Positions 27,616 to 36,719 of a stretch of 64,000 nucleotides of DNA are shown here, piece by piece. The notes under the pieces were generated by a model. That model made no database searches, was not told where the DNA came from, and worked only from the letters and a program-made list of their open reading frames with translations. Every line of letters starts with the position of its first letter. Position 1 is the stretch's first letter. The stretch is from an uncultured Candidatus Saccharibacteria bacterium (GTDB lineage Bacteria; Patescibacteriota; Dojkabacteria; B142; OLB20): assembly GCA_964461915.1 (NCBI GenBank), contig CAYWVD010000001.1, forward strand, positions 299,168 through 363,167, given 5' to 3'. Position numbers and translations under genes: made by a program.

Positions 27616-29383
27616 AGACTTTAAACTTTCAAAAAAGAACGTAAAGCCTAAAAGGGCTTTGCTTTACATATTTTCACTCTTTAAACCTTTTTGGAAAACG
27701 ATAATATTTGTAATTATTTTTTCGTTAACTTCAACATTAGCATCGGTTTTAATCCCCCAAACATTACAGATTGCAATTGACACGAACATTCCCGCCAAAG
27801 ACATTGCTGGACTTCAAAATACATCACTATTCTTTATAGGTCTTGTAGCGATATTTTTTATTACAAGTGTATTTCAAGTAAATTTATCAGGAAAAATAAG
27901 TCAAAAAGCTCTATTCAATCTACGAAAAAACTTATTTAAAAAACTGCAAGATCTACCGATTGCTTTTTTTAATCAAAACAAAATAGGGGATATAGAAATA
28001 AGAATCTCTTCAAATGTAGAAAATATAAATAGATTTTTTTCTGAAGGCGTTATAAGAATCATCAATATCTTTGTCTCCCTTATAGGATTTATGATCATGA
28101 TGTGGTTACTAAACGCTAAATTAACAATTGTAGTAATAGTTTCATTAATAATATTTATCTTGTATTTAAATTTCCAAGGTAAATTACTGCGCAATAAACA
28201 GAAAAAAGCATTAGATGTAGAAGGTGAATTCAGTAGTTTTGTGCAAGAAATTTTGAACGGCTTCCCAATAATTAAGATTTTTAACAAACAAGATTCATTT
28301 AAAGAAATTTTCCAAATTAAAAACAAAAAATATTACTCTGAGAGTCTCAAAGTTATTGCACTAAGCTCAGTTAGCGATGGATTTTTACCTCTTCTTCAAA
28401 TTCTCTCAGGCAGCATCATTATCTATTTAGGCCTTACCCAATTAAATGAAGGCGTTATTACTTCAGGTCAATTTGTAGCCTTCTTTTCATACCTTGTTCT
28501 GTTCTTTAGAAGATTTGAAGGGATTGGAAATCTTTGGACTACTATCCAATCTGGGATAGCAGCTGCTCAAAGGATTCTTGAGCTTTTCCAATTGAAATCA
28601 AATATTGTGACTAAAATTAAAAATCCAATTGATAAGCCTATTCAAGGTAAAATTGAATTTAAGAATGTTTATTTTTCTTATGAAGATAATGTACCGGTTT
28701 TAAAAGATATCGACCTGCTTGTTCCTGCGGGGAAAACCATAGCTATAGTAGGACCAACGGGTGGCGGAAAGACTTCGTTCGTTTCACTCATTGCTAGATT
28801 ATATGATCCTAATTCTGGAGAGATTAAAATTGACGGTATTGATTTAAGAGATTGGGATCTCAAACATCTCAGAGAAAGTATCGGTTATCTTTTGCAAGAT
28901 TCATTCTTTTTTGAAGATTCAATAATTAATAATTTAAGATACGATTCCCATTCAAACTTATCAGAAGATGAAGTCCTAAAGTATTTCAAAGATTTTAATG
29001 TTGAGAGCATTTTCTCAAAACTTTCTGATGGGCTTAATACAATTATTAAAGCGGACAGTCTTTCTCAAGGTCAAAGACAAATTTTAGCACTAATTAGATT
29101 AATAATTCGTAATCCAAAGGTGATAATTCTTGATGAAGCTACAGCAAATATTGATACTAAAACTGAAAAAATTTTGATTGATGTACTAGATAAAATCAAA
29201 AAGGGCAAGACCACTTTTGTTATTGCTCACAGATTAAGTACAATTTTTAATGCTGATGAAATTCTTTTAATACAAAACAACTCAATAATTGAGCAGGGGA
29301 CCCACGAATCATTACTTGATAAAAGAGGCAGATATTATGAAATATATTCAAAATTTTCAACAAAACAAGCTATAATTACATAA
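27608..29383 (+). CDS. ABC exporter, fused permease/ATPase (heterodimer half)
   Basis: 591 aa. GPTGGGKTS Walker A, LSQGQRQ signature, IILDEAT Walker B. Overlaps the upstream ABC gene. Confidence 0.85.
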   Translation: MDKDFKLSKKNVKPKRALLYIFSLFKPFWKTIIFVIIFSLTSTLASVLIPQTLQIAIDTNIPAKDIAGLQNTSLFFIGLVAIFFITSVFQVNLSGKISQKALFNLRKNLFKKLQDLPIAFFNQNKIGDIEIRISSNVENINRFFSEGVIRIINIFVSLIGFMIMMWLLNAKLTIVVIVSLIIFILYLNFQGKLLRNKQKKALDVEGEFSSFVQEILNGFPIIKIFNKQDSFKEIFQIKNKKYYSESLKVIALSSVSDGFLPLLQILSGSIIIYLGLTQLNEGVITSGQFVAFFSYLVLFFRRFEGIGNLWTTIQSGIAAAQRILELFQLKSNIVTKIKNPIDKPIQGKIEFKNVYFSYEDNVPVLKDIDLLVPAGKTIAIVGPTGGGKTSFVSLIARLYDPNSGEIKIDGIDLRDWDLKHLRESIGYLLQDSFFFEDSIINNLRYDSHSNLSEDEVLKYFKDFNVESIFSKLSDGLNTIIKADSLSQGQRQILALIRLIIRNPKVIILDEATANIDTKTEKILIDVLDKIKKGKTTFVIAHRLSTIFNADEILLIQNNSIIEQGTHESLLDKRGRYYEIYSKFSTKQAIIT

Positions 29384-29398
29384 ATTTAACTAAATATT

Positions 29399-30328
29399 AT
29401 GAAAAGAAAATCTTTGTCTATAGTTTCTCCTGTCTACAATGAAGAAGGGAATATTGATAAATTCTATTCAGTTCTAAAAAGTGTTTTAAATGAACTTGAT
29501 TACGATCACGAAATAATTTTTATTAACGATGGTTCGAAAGATAAATCCTTATTGAATCTTAGTAAACTAGCAGTAGAAGATAAGTCTGTAAAGGTTATTA
29601 GTTTTGCCAGAAATTTCGGTCATCAAATGGCAATTACCGCAGGCATTGACCATGCTACAGGTGACGCATGCATAATATTGGATTCAGATCTACAAGATCC
29701 ACCAGCCGTGATTAAAGACTTGGTAAAAAAGTGGGAAAAAGGTTTTGAAATAGTGAATGCAAAAAGAGCTTCAAGGAGTGATGGATTTTTTAAAGACACT
29801 TCAGCAGTTATTTTCTACAAAGTATTGAACTCACTTTTAACAAATAAAATTCCTGAAAATGTAGGGGATTTTAGATTAATCGATAAAAAGCCCTTAAAAG
29901 TTCTGCAATCAATTAAGGAAAAAGATCGATATTTAAGAGGTTTAACTACTTGGATAGGATTCAAACAAACTGAAGTTTTATATGATAGAGCTAAAAGGGA
30001 ATGGGGTAAGACGGGTTATTCAATGAGTAAAATGTTTGGATTAGCACTAAACGCCATCTTTTCATTTTCAAGATTACCAATGAAAATTGCTTCTATTTTC
30101 TGTGGAATCTTCTTTGTCATTCTAATTGGAGTTTTGATATATGTTCTATTTTCCGTTTTAACTGGATATTCCGCAGCAGGATGGGCTTCTCAAATTATAA
30201 TTTACTCAATATATTTTGGGATTCAAATGCTAGTTTTAGCAATTATTTCAGAATATGTTGGGAGAATTTACTTTCAAGTTCAAAATCGTCCTCTATATGT
30301 AATTCAAGATAAAATCAACTTGGATTAA
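29399..30328 (+). CDS. GT2 polyprenol-phosphate glycosyltransferase (DPM1/ArnC/GtrB-like)
   Basis: 309 aa. SIVSPVYNEEGNI, DDGSKD, ILDSDLQD motifs and two C-terminal TM helices. Confidence 0.75.
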   Translation: MKRKSLSIVSPVYNEEGNIDKFYSVLKSVLNELDYDHEIIFINDGSKDKSLLNLSKLAVEDKSVKVISFARNFGHQMAITAGIDHATGDACIILDSDLQDPPAVIKDLVKKWEKGFEIVNAKRASRSDGFFKDTSAVIFYKVLNSLLTNKIPENVGDFRLIDKKPLKVLQSIKEKDRYLRGLTTWIGFKQTEVLYDRAKREWGKTGYSMSKMFGLALNAIFSFSRLPMKIASIFCGIFFVILIGVLIYVLFSVLTGYSAAGWASQIIIYSIYFGIQMLVLAIISEYVGRIYFQVQNRPLYVIQDKINLD

Positions 30329-30346
30329 TAATAAAATTTAAGGTTA

Positions 30347-30378
30347 TAAAAAAGCCTCATTTTCATGAGGCTTTTTAA
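30347..30378. terminator. bidirectional intrinsic terminator
   Basis: AAAAGCCTCAT-TTTC-ATGAGGCTTTTT perfect hairpin between convergent genes. Confidence 0.6.
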
Positions 30379-30395
30379 TATTATTTCTGAAAGTT

Positions 30396-30803
30396 TTACT
30401 TCTTTAAAGGAGCAAGTTTTTTTCTTGGACCAAAGTAGTAAACCAATGCAGCAATTCCACCAAATCCTAAGATTAAACCGACGATTAAGACGATTAACCA
30501 TGTTTGTCTATTTGGAAGTTCTGCTTCTGTTCTCTTTATTACATCTACTAACATCCAAATGTTAAAAGCAACAAATATCAAAGCAATTAAACCACAGCAC
30601 AATGGAAGAATTACACCGAAAACGCCCAAACCACCTAAGAATGCTAATGCATCTGCATCGCTCATTGTTGATGTAGATGTAGTGTTATATAGATCGTAAT
30701 AATCTTCGTAATCGTATGCTTCAGCAAGGACTGAAGTTGCGACTGCGCCGAATGACAACGCTAAAGCAGTTGCTTTAGTTGCAATCGATTGGATCTTATT
30801 CAT
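30396..30803 (-). CDS. small exported membrane protein (2 TM, CC pair)
   Basis: 135 aa. Signal peptide plus two hydrophobic helices. Confidence 0.3.
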   Translation of the reverse strand: MNKIQSIATKATALALSFGAVATSVLAEAYDYEDYYDLYNTTSTSTMSDADALAFLGGLGVFGVILPLCCGLIALIFVAFNIWMLVDVIKRTEAELPNRQTWLIVLIVGLILGFGGIAALVYYFGPRKKLAPLKK

Positions 30804-30860
30804 AGTAGAATAATAATAAATAATAATGAATTTTAAAACAATCTTATAGACAAGTCAAAA

Positions 30861-32345
30861 CTATTGTAGATATTTTGTCTTAATATATTCTTGCCAAGGT
30901 TTACTACTAAATTTTTGATCACCCGCTTTTAGACTGATTTCTTCTAGATTATATGCTCCACCATATACATGTATCTTATTTTTAAACCACTTATTAATAT
31001 TCTTAATTTCGGACACTTCAAGTGTTTGGAAATCTGTCCCAATGTCCTTTTTCATCTTCTTATCCCATATGGCTGAAAGGGTAGAACCCAATGAATATGT
31101 TGGGAAGTACCCTATACTTCCAAAGGCCCAATGTACATCTTGAAGAATTCCTTCTGAATAATTTTTTGGCTCAATACCTAAATATTTTTTATATAATTTA
31201 TTCCAAAGTTTTGGAGCTTCTTTAGTAGTAATTTCATTGTTTAATAGTGCTTTTTCAACCTCATATCTAATAATAATATGATAATGGTAGGTTATTTCAT
31301 CCGCTTCTACACGAATCAAGCTTGGCTCGACCTTGTTGAAATACGAATAAAAATCATCAACCTTGTACGAAGAATATACTTTATTCAGTTTTATAAAATC
31401 CTTATAAAAATACTTAACAAATCCATGGCTTCTTCCTATGAAGTTTTCCCAATATCTAGATAAGGATTCATGTAAAGCGTAGCTTGTTTCAGGCCATAAA
31501 GGAGTGCCTTCAAGATTTTTATCTACATTTGATGCAAAAAGGCCATGTCCAAATTCATGAATTGTTGGGAACAATGAACAAGTAAAGTCATGATCAGGAT
31601 AGCTTGTCGTTATACGAATATCATCAGGGCTTAAAAATAAAGAGAAGGGATGCATCGAGGTATCTATTCTAAATCGTTTTTTATCTTGGCCTAGATAATC
31701 TAATACTTTATTATTTAACTTCTTCATTAAGAGCTTACTATATTTATCTTGACTTAAATCAATTCTGCTTTTGGATGAGATCTTTTGAAGGTCGATCCCC
31801 TTTAAAAATGTTTTTAATTCTGAAAAATAAATATCGAGTTCTGAGCTTGTCATTCCATCTTCATATTGATCAAAAACAGAATCATATATATCTTTTTTTG
31901 GATCAAGGTATTTAGCTCGCTTTCGAGTGAGCTCAAATATCTTTTGTAAATAAGGTTCAAAAATATCGTAGTTATTTTCTCTTTTTGCTTTGGCCCATAC
32001 TGTAGAAGCTTGTGCAATAAGTTCTGACCATTCTTTAATAAATTCAGCAGGAAGTAATTGGTATTGTTTTACGGATTTATTTAATCGATATATTGCTCTT
32101 TTTTCAAAATCATTAAGGGATTTTTCTTTTTTAGAAGCAATAATTAAGTCTGTAAATTCTTTTTCTAATATAATTTTTTGAACTAAACAATTAATATCTG
32201 CTAAGACTTTCCCTCTTGATTTAACACCCATTTCTGGCATATAAGTCTCGGTATCCCAATTAATTAAAGTATCTGCATAAATCAATGACCAAATAGATCT
32301 ATACTTATTTATTAATAATTTTATTGTGGGATTTTCGAATTTCAT
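30861..32345 (-). CDS. M32 carboxypeptidase (Taq-type)
   Basis: 494 aa. DTSMHPF, DIRITTSY, HEFGHGLF (HExxH), IRVEADEITYHYH and GILQDVHWA match the M32 family motifs. Confidence 0.8.
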   Translation of the reverse strand: MKFENPTIKLLINKYRSIWSLIYADTLINWDTETYMPEMGVKSRGKVLADINCLVQKIILEKEFTDLIIASKKEKSLNDFEKRAIYRLNKSVKQYQLLPAEFIKEWSELIAQASTVWAKAKRENNYDIFEPYLQKIFELTRKRAKYLDPKKDIYDSVFDQYEDGMTSSELDIYFSELKTFLKGIDLQKISSKSRIDLSQDKYSKLLMKKLNNKVLDYLGQDKKRFRIDTSMHPFSLFLSPDDIRITTSYPDHDFTCSLFPTIHEFGHGLFASNVDKNLEGTPLWPETSYALHESLSRYWENFIGRSHGFVKYFYKDFIKLNKVYSSYKVDDFYSYFNKVEPSLIRVEADEITYHYHIIIRYEVEKALLNNEITTKEAPKLWNKLYKKYLGIEPKNYSEGILQDVHWAFGSIGYFPTYSLGSTLSAIWDKKMKKDIGTDFQTLEVSEIKNINKWFKNKIHVYGGAYNLEEISLKAGDQKFSSKPWQEYIKTKYLQ

Positions 32346-32446
32346 GATATATTTAACACGATGAGATAATTTATTAGTAAATTAAAAAATGAATAAACCT
32401 AAAAAAATGGCAGCAAAAAAACATAGAAAAAGTTGCAAAAAACAAG

Positions 32447-33637
32447 TTAGTCTAAAGTATCGAGGTTAGTTAATAGATCCGATTCACCTCCAATACGCCA
32501 AAACGCAATTCCTGAAATATTGTATTTTTTCGCTAGATTTATTCTATCATTAATGCCTTTTTGGTCAATATATACAAGAGTTCTAGATATATTATCCTTT
32601 GCAACATAATCGAAGATCTTCTCACTTTCGTAAGTTCCCGATTTCCCGTCATTAGACTTTAAAATATTTTTCACTTCAGCATAAGTAAAAGCCTTTGCTT
32701 CAGAATCTCCGGATGAATTCATTTTCATACTTGGAACAAATGGAAGCTTAGTATCGTCTTTACCTATCCATTCGTAAGCATATAGATGCACTCCTAATAC
32801 TAACTTTTTGGGATCGACCTTAGAAACACCATACTTTAAAACTTCATCAATCCAGTTTATTGGCGCAATTGGCCCAGGGAATTTTGACTTAATAAAAGTA
32901 TAATCATAGGCCATGATACGGATCTTATCGGCATAATTTTGTATTAACGACCAATCTTGGACTTCTCGAGTTTCTACCAAAGACGGATAAGTGATATTGT
33001 CTCCCCATTTAGCAATTACAGTTACGATTAGTTTTTTATTTTTTGATTTTAATTCTTTTGATAGGGCACTTAAAAATTCAAAGTATTTTACCTTGTCAGA
33101 TAATTTTGTTGATTCATAGTCTAAATCAATTCCATCAAAATCATTATTTACTACAGTATCGACAATGGATTGGATATGGTTATTAAAATTGTCTTTGTTC
33201 TGAAGGACTTCTGTAAATAACTCATGATCGAACATTGCTATTGCAGGTATAATTTCAATGTTATTATCTTTTAAAAAGCTTATTATTTCGCCCTTATTAG
33301 AAGGGTATTTGTTTTTTAATGATCCATCTTTATTGACTTCAAACCAGACCGGACTGACAGATGAAAAAAGTGTAGGATTGTTTTTCAAACTATTAAGGCC
33401 AGAGGGGCTTCCCCAATACGGTATCCAACCTGAAAAGGTAAATTCAAAAGAATCAAATTTATTATTTTCTAGATTTTCGACCAAATCGGTTTTAATCTCG
33501 GGATTTACTTCAAAATTATCTGTTTTAGATGACTTAGATTCCGAAGTTTTAGTTAAAAAGGAAATCAATAAAATCAACCCGGTACTAATAAGTATAACGA
33601 TCAATAGTAGAATTAAAATTTTCTTTTTACTCATCAA
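32447..33637 (-). CDS. membrane-anchored GH18-family glycosyl hydrolase-like protein
   Basis: 396 aa. N-terminal TM. DFDGIDLDYE catalytic DxxDxDxE motif of GH18. Confidence 0.6.
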   Translation of the reverse strand: MMSKKKILILLLIVILISTGLILLISFLTKTSESKSSKTDNFEVNPEIKTDLVENLENNKFDSFEFTFSGWIPYWGSPSGLNSLKNNPTLFSSVSPVWFEVNKDGSLKNKYPSNKGEIISFLKDNNIEIIPAIAMFDHELFTEVLQNKDNFNNHIQSIVDTVVNNDFDGIDLDYESTKLSDKVKYFEFLSALSKELKSKNKKLIVTVIAKWGDNITYPSLVETREVQDWSLIQNYADKIRIMAYDYTFIKSKFPGPIAPINWIDEVLKYGVSKVDPKKLVLGVHLYAYEWIGKDDTKLPFVPSMKMNSSGDSEAKAFTYAEVKNILKSNDGKSGTYESEKIFDYVAKDNISRTLVYIDQKGINDRINLAKKYNISGIAFWRIGGESDLLTNLDTLD

Positions 33638-34000
33638 TTTTTGTAACTAAATATTCATCATCTCTGAATTTAATTTTATCACCGATTTTAACTGAATTTA
33701 AAATTTGGCCAAAGGGAGAAGAAATTGAAAATGATAATTCTTCTGGATCCCCATTTTGCTCAAGGAGTATAAAATCTTTAATTATTCCATTTCCTTTAAC
33801 CTGTATCATTTTTAATATTCCTTTTTCATTTTTCTGTTCTTTTTTTAAATCTAAGATCTGAAGTTCAAGCATTTCAATCATATCTGATGTTTGTGTAGCT
33901 TCGCGATATGAAGCTCCAATATCTTCATGTAGAGTTTTGTTTAATACTAAAAGTCTTTGCTCTAATTCTTTCAATTTTTCTTGGATTTGTTTATTTCGCA
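33627..34000 (-). CDS. greA: transcription elongation factor GreA-like (short form)
   Basis: Coiled-coil N-terminus MRNKQIQEKLKELEQRL... and FKBP-like C-domain ...GDKIKFRDDEYLVTKIDE. The ORF track's 22 extra N-terminal codons look spurious; the likely start is the ATG at 34000. Confidence 0.65.
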
Positions 34001-34050
34001 TTATTATTCTAAAATTAAGAAATATAGTTAAATTTTTATAAACAAGTTCA

Positions 34051-34428
34051 ATGGATAATAAACCCAAAATTCTTGTTGCGGAAGATGAACAGGACGCAAG
34101 ATTAATCTATGTAGATATATTATCATCTGCAGGCTACGAAGTCGATGGAGTAGCCGATGGAAAAGAAGCCCTTATTAAAATGGAGAACAAAAAATATGAT
34201 CTAGTTTTATTGGATATTATTATGCCAAATCTAGATGGGATTTCTGCATTGAAGGCAATTAAAGAAGATCCTTCCAAATATGGTAATATGCCAATATACA
34301 TGTTAACTAATATTGGCAGTGATGCTGCTATTAAAAATTCAGTTCAACTTGGAGCTCAGGGCTACATTTTGAAATCTGACACTGATCCTACAGAATTAAC
34401 AGATCTAGTTGAAAAAGCATTAAACTAA
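34051..34428 (+). CDS. single-domain response regulator (receiver only), orphan
   Basis: 125 aa. ILVAEDE...DLVLLDIIMPNLDG...K receiver motifs. No adjacent kinase. Confidence 0.8.
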   Translation: MDNKPKILVAEDEQDARLIYVDILSSAGYEVDGVADGKEALIKMENKKYDLVLLDIIMPNLDGISALKAIKEDPSKYGNMPIYMLTNIGSDAAIKNSVQLGAQGYILKSDTDPTELTDLVEKALN

Positions 34429-34457
34429 TTTTTTTATTTAAACATTAAATATAACCT

Positions 34458-35714
34458 ATGAAAATAACAGGTATTAAAGCTCGTCAGGTTTTAGATTCTA
34501 GAGGCAATCCTACTGTAGAAGCCGATGTCATAATTGATAATGAATTCTTAGGTAGAGCAATAGTTGCAAGTGGCGCATCTACTGGTAAATACGAAGCATT
34601 GGAACTTAGAGACGGTGATAAATCAATTTATCATGGACAAAGTGTTTTAAAAGCAGTTGAAAATGTCAATACAATTATTGCTCAAGCACTAGTGGCATCC
34701 GACTGTGTAGATCAAACAAAGTTTGATCAAATACTAATTGATCTTGATGGGACTCCAAATAAATCAAAATTGGGTGCAAATGCCATTCTTTCTGTTTCCT
34801 TAGCTTATGCATGGGCCTATTCGAAAGCAATGAAACAACAACTATTTGAATATATTGGATCATTATATGGCAACAACGATTTCAAAATGCCAAGAGCAAT
34901 GTTCAATATAATGAATGGTGGCAAACATGCTAATTGGGCAACTGATATCCAAGAATACATGATTATGCCTATGCAGACTACAACTTGGGCCGATTCAATT
35001 CGTGTTGGAAGCGAAATTTATCATTCTCTAGAAAAACTATTAAAAGAAAATGGCTATTCCATCAATGTTGGGAATGAAGGTGGTTTTGCTCCATCATTAA
35101 AATCTAATCAAGAAGCTCTCGATTTAATTGTTAAAGCTATTGAAAGCGCCGGTTATAAAGTAGGTGAAGAAATAAAAATTTGTTTCGATGCGGCAGCCTC
35201 AGAATTCTATAATGAAGAAACTGGGAATTATGATTTAAAAAGAGATGGCAAGACTCTTTCAAAGGCCGAAATGGTTGATTGGGTTGAATCTTTTTCTCAA
35301 AAATATCCAGTACATTCCTATGAAGACATGTTCTCACAAGATGATTGGGAAAGCTGGGCAGAATTGACAAGAAGAGTAGGGGATAAAATTCAAGTTGTTG
35401 GGGACGATCTTTTGGTAACTAATGTTGTAAGGATCAAAGAAGCAATTGAAAAGAAAGCTTGTAATTCATTATTAGTTAAACTTAATCAAATCGGGACTTT
35501 AACCGAAACCTTAAATGCAATGAAACTTAGTGAAAGTGCCGGATGGACCAATGTTGTATCTCATCGAAGTGGCGAAACTGAGGATGTTACAATTGCACAC
35601 TTAGTAGTTGGAACATCTGCCGGTCAATTAAAAACTGGAGCTCCAAGCCGAAGCGAAAGAATTGCCAAATACAACGAGTTAATTCGAATCGAAGAAAAAT
35701 TACTTAATAAATAA
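34458..35714 (+). CDS. eno: enolase
   Basis: 418 aa. ITGIKARQVLDSRGNPTVEADV, SHRSGETED and the C-terminal KYNELIRIEE motif. Confidence 0.95.
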   Translation: MKITGIKARQVLDSRGNPTVEADVIIDNEFLGRAIVASGASTGKYEALELRDGDKSIYHGQSVLKAVENVNTIIAQALVASDCVDQTKFDQILIDLDGTPNKSKLGANAILSVSLAYAWAYSKAMKQQLFEYIGSLYGNNDFKMPRAMFNIMNGGKHANWATDIQEYMIMPMQTTTWADSIRVGSEIYHSLEKLLKENGYSINVGNEGGFAPSLKSNQEALDLIVKAIESAGYKVGEEIKICFDAAASEFYNEETGNYDLKRDGKTLSKAEMVDWVESFSQKYPVHSYEDMFSQDDWESWAELTRRVGDKIQVVGDDLLVTNVVRIKEAIEKKACNSLLVKLNQIGTLTETLNAMKLSESAGWTNVVSHRSGETEDVTIAHLVVGTSAGQLKTGAPSRSERIAKYNELIRIEEKLLNK

Positions 35715-35720
35715 AAAAAT

Positions 35721-36719
35721 ATGAAAACATACTTTGTCAAAGATCTATCTAAAGGTCTAGTTCTTAATAATGAAACATTTGCCGTTAAGATCTGCGAAAA
35801 TCTGCAGACTAAAGATGGCAAACCTTATTATAAATTAGTATTAGCCGACAAAACTGGTGAAATCAAAGCTCAAATTTGGTCTGACAATATTAAGAATGTT
35901 TCAAAAAACAGCCTTAAAATTGGCGTTGTAATGATGCTCGATGCGATGGTCGAAGACTATCGTGGAGTTCTTCAACTAAACATCCTTAAGGCAGAGAAAG
36001 TTGAAGAGAACAAATTGAATGATTATATGGAATCAAGCGATTTTGATTTAGAAGATTTATGGAAAGATCTTTTAAAACACATTGATTCGGTAAAAAATGA
36101 AAATATTAAAAAATTCTTGACTGACTTTCTTAATGACTCAGAAATCGGACCAAAGTTTAAAATTTATCCAGCAGCAGAATTCGTGCATCATGCCTTTAGA
36201 GGTGGTTTATTAGAACATACTGTCGAGATGTTGGATATGACAACACCATTAAGGAAATATTACAAAGAAGCAAATTTCGATTATGTTGTTGCAGGGATAA
36301 TACTGCATGACAGCGGAAAGCTTTTAGAACTCGAACCGGTAGGACTAGTTACCCAAAGGACAAAAGAGGGTTTGTTAATTGGTCATTTGATAAAAAGTTA
36401 CGAATTATTAATGCAAAAAGGAAAAGGAATTCTTAACGAAGAACAAATGATCAATTTAAAACATATAATACTTTCACATCATGGTTATCTTGAATTTGGA
36501 AGCCCGATATTGCCTTCAACAATCGAAGCCAATATTGTTACATATGTTGATCAAATGTCTTCCAAAACGAGAATATTTCAAAAGGTAATTAGACAAAGTC
36601 AATCAAATGATATGGAGTTTTCTGAATACGACAAGATTATTGGCGCAAAAGTCTACTTAGGTACCAATGCAACTCAGATCGACACTCCGGAAAGTCATTT
36701 ACCTTTCGAGATAATTTAA
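35721..36719 (+). CDS. OB-fold + HD-domain phosphohydrolase (YhaM-like 3'-5' exoribonuclease)
   Basis: 332 aa. N-terminal OB fold (ADKTGEIKAQIW), HD motif region HHAFRGGLLEHT...ILHDSGK. Confidence 0.6.
   Translation: MKTYFVKDLSKGLVLNNETFAVKICENLQTKDGKPYYKLVLADKTGEIKAQIWSDNIKNVSKNSLKIGVVMMLDAMVEDYRGVLQLNILKAEKVEENKLNDYMESSDFDLEDLWKDLLKHIDSVKNENIKKFLTDFLNDSEIGPKFKIYPAAEFVHHAFRGGLLEHTVEMLDMTTPLRKYYKEANFDYVVAGIILHDSGKLLELEPVGLVTQRTKEGLLIGHLIKSYELLMQKGKGILNEEQMINLKHIILSHHGYLEFGSPILPSTIEANIVTYVDQMSSKTRIFQKVIRQSQSNDMEFSEYDKIIGAKVYLGTNATQIDTPESHLPFEII

Noticed and set aside
32391-32471. 26-codon highly basic ORF (MNKPKKMAAKKHRKSCKKQVSLKYRG) between the M32 peptidase and GH18 genes
   Set aside because: It superficially resembles a small ribosomal protein, but it matches no rpmH/rpmJ/rpsU pattern and overlaps the 3' end of the GH18 gene. 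It is most likely a chance ORF in an A-rich spacer.
34001-34067. 22-codon N-terminal extension of the GreA ORF in the track (MGLLSIELVYKNLTIFLNFRII...)
   Set aside because: It is not GreA-like and would overlap the divergent response-regulator start. The ATG at 34000 (MRNKQIQEKLKELEQ) gives a proper coiled-coil N-terminus.
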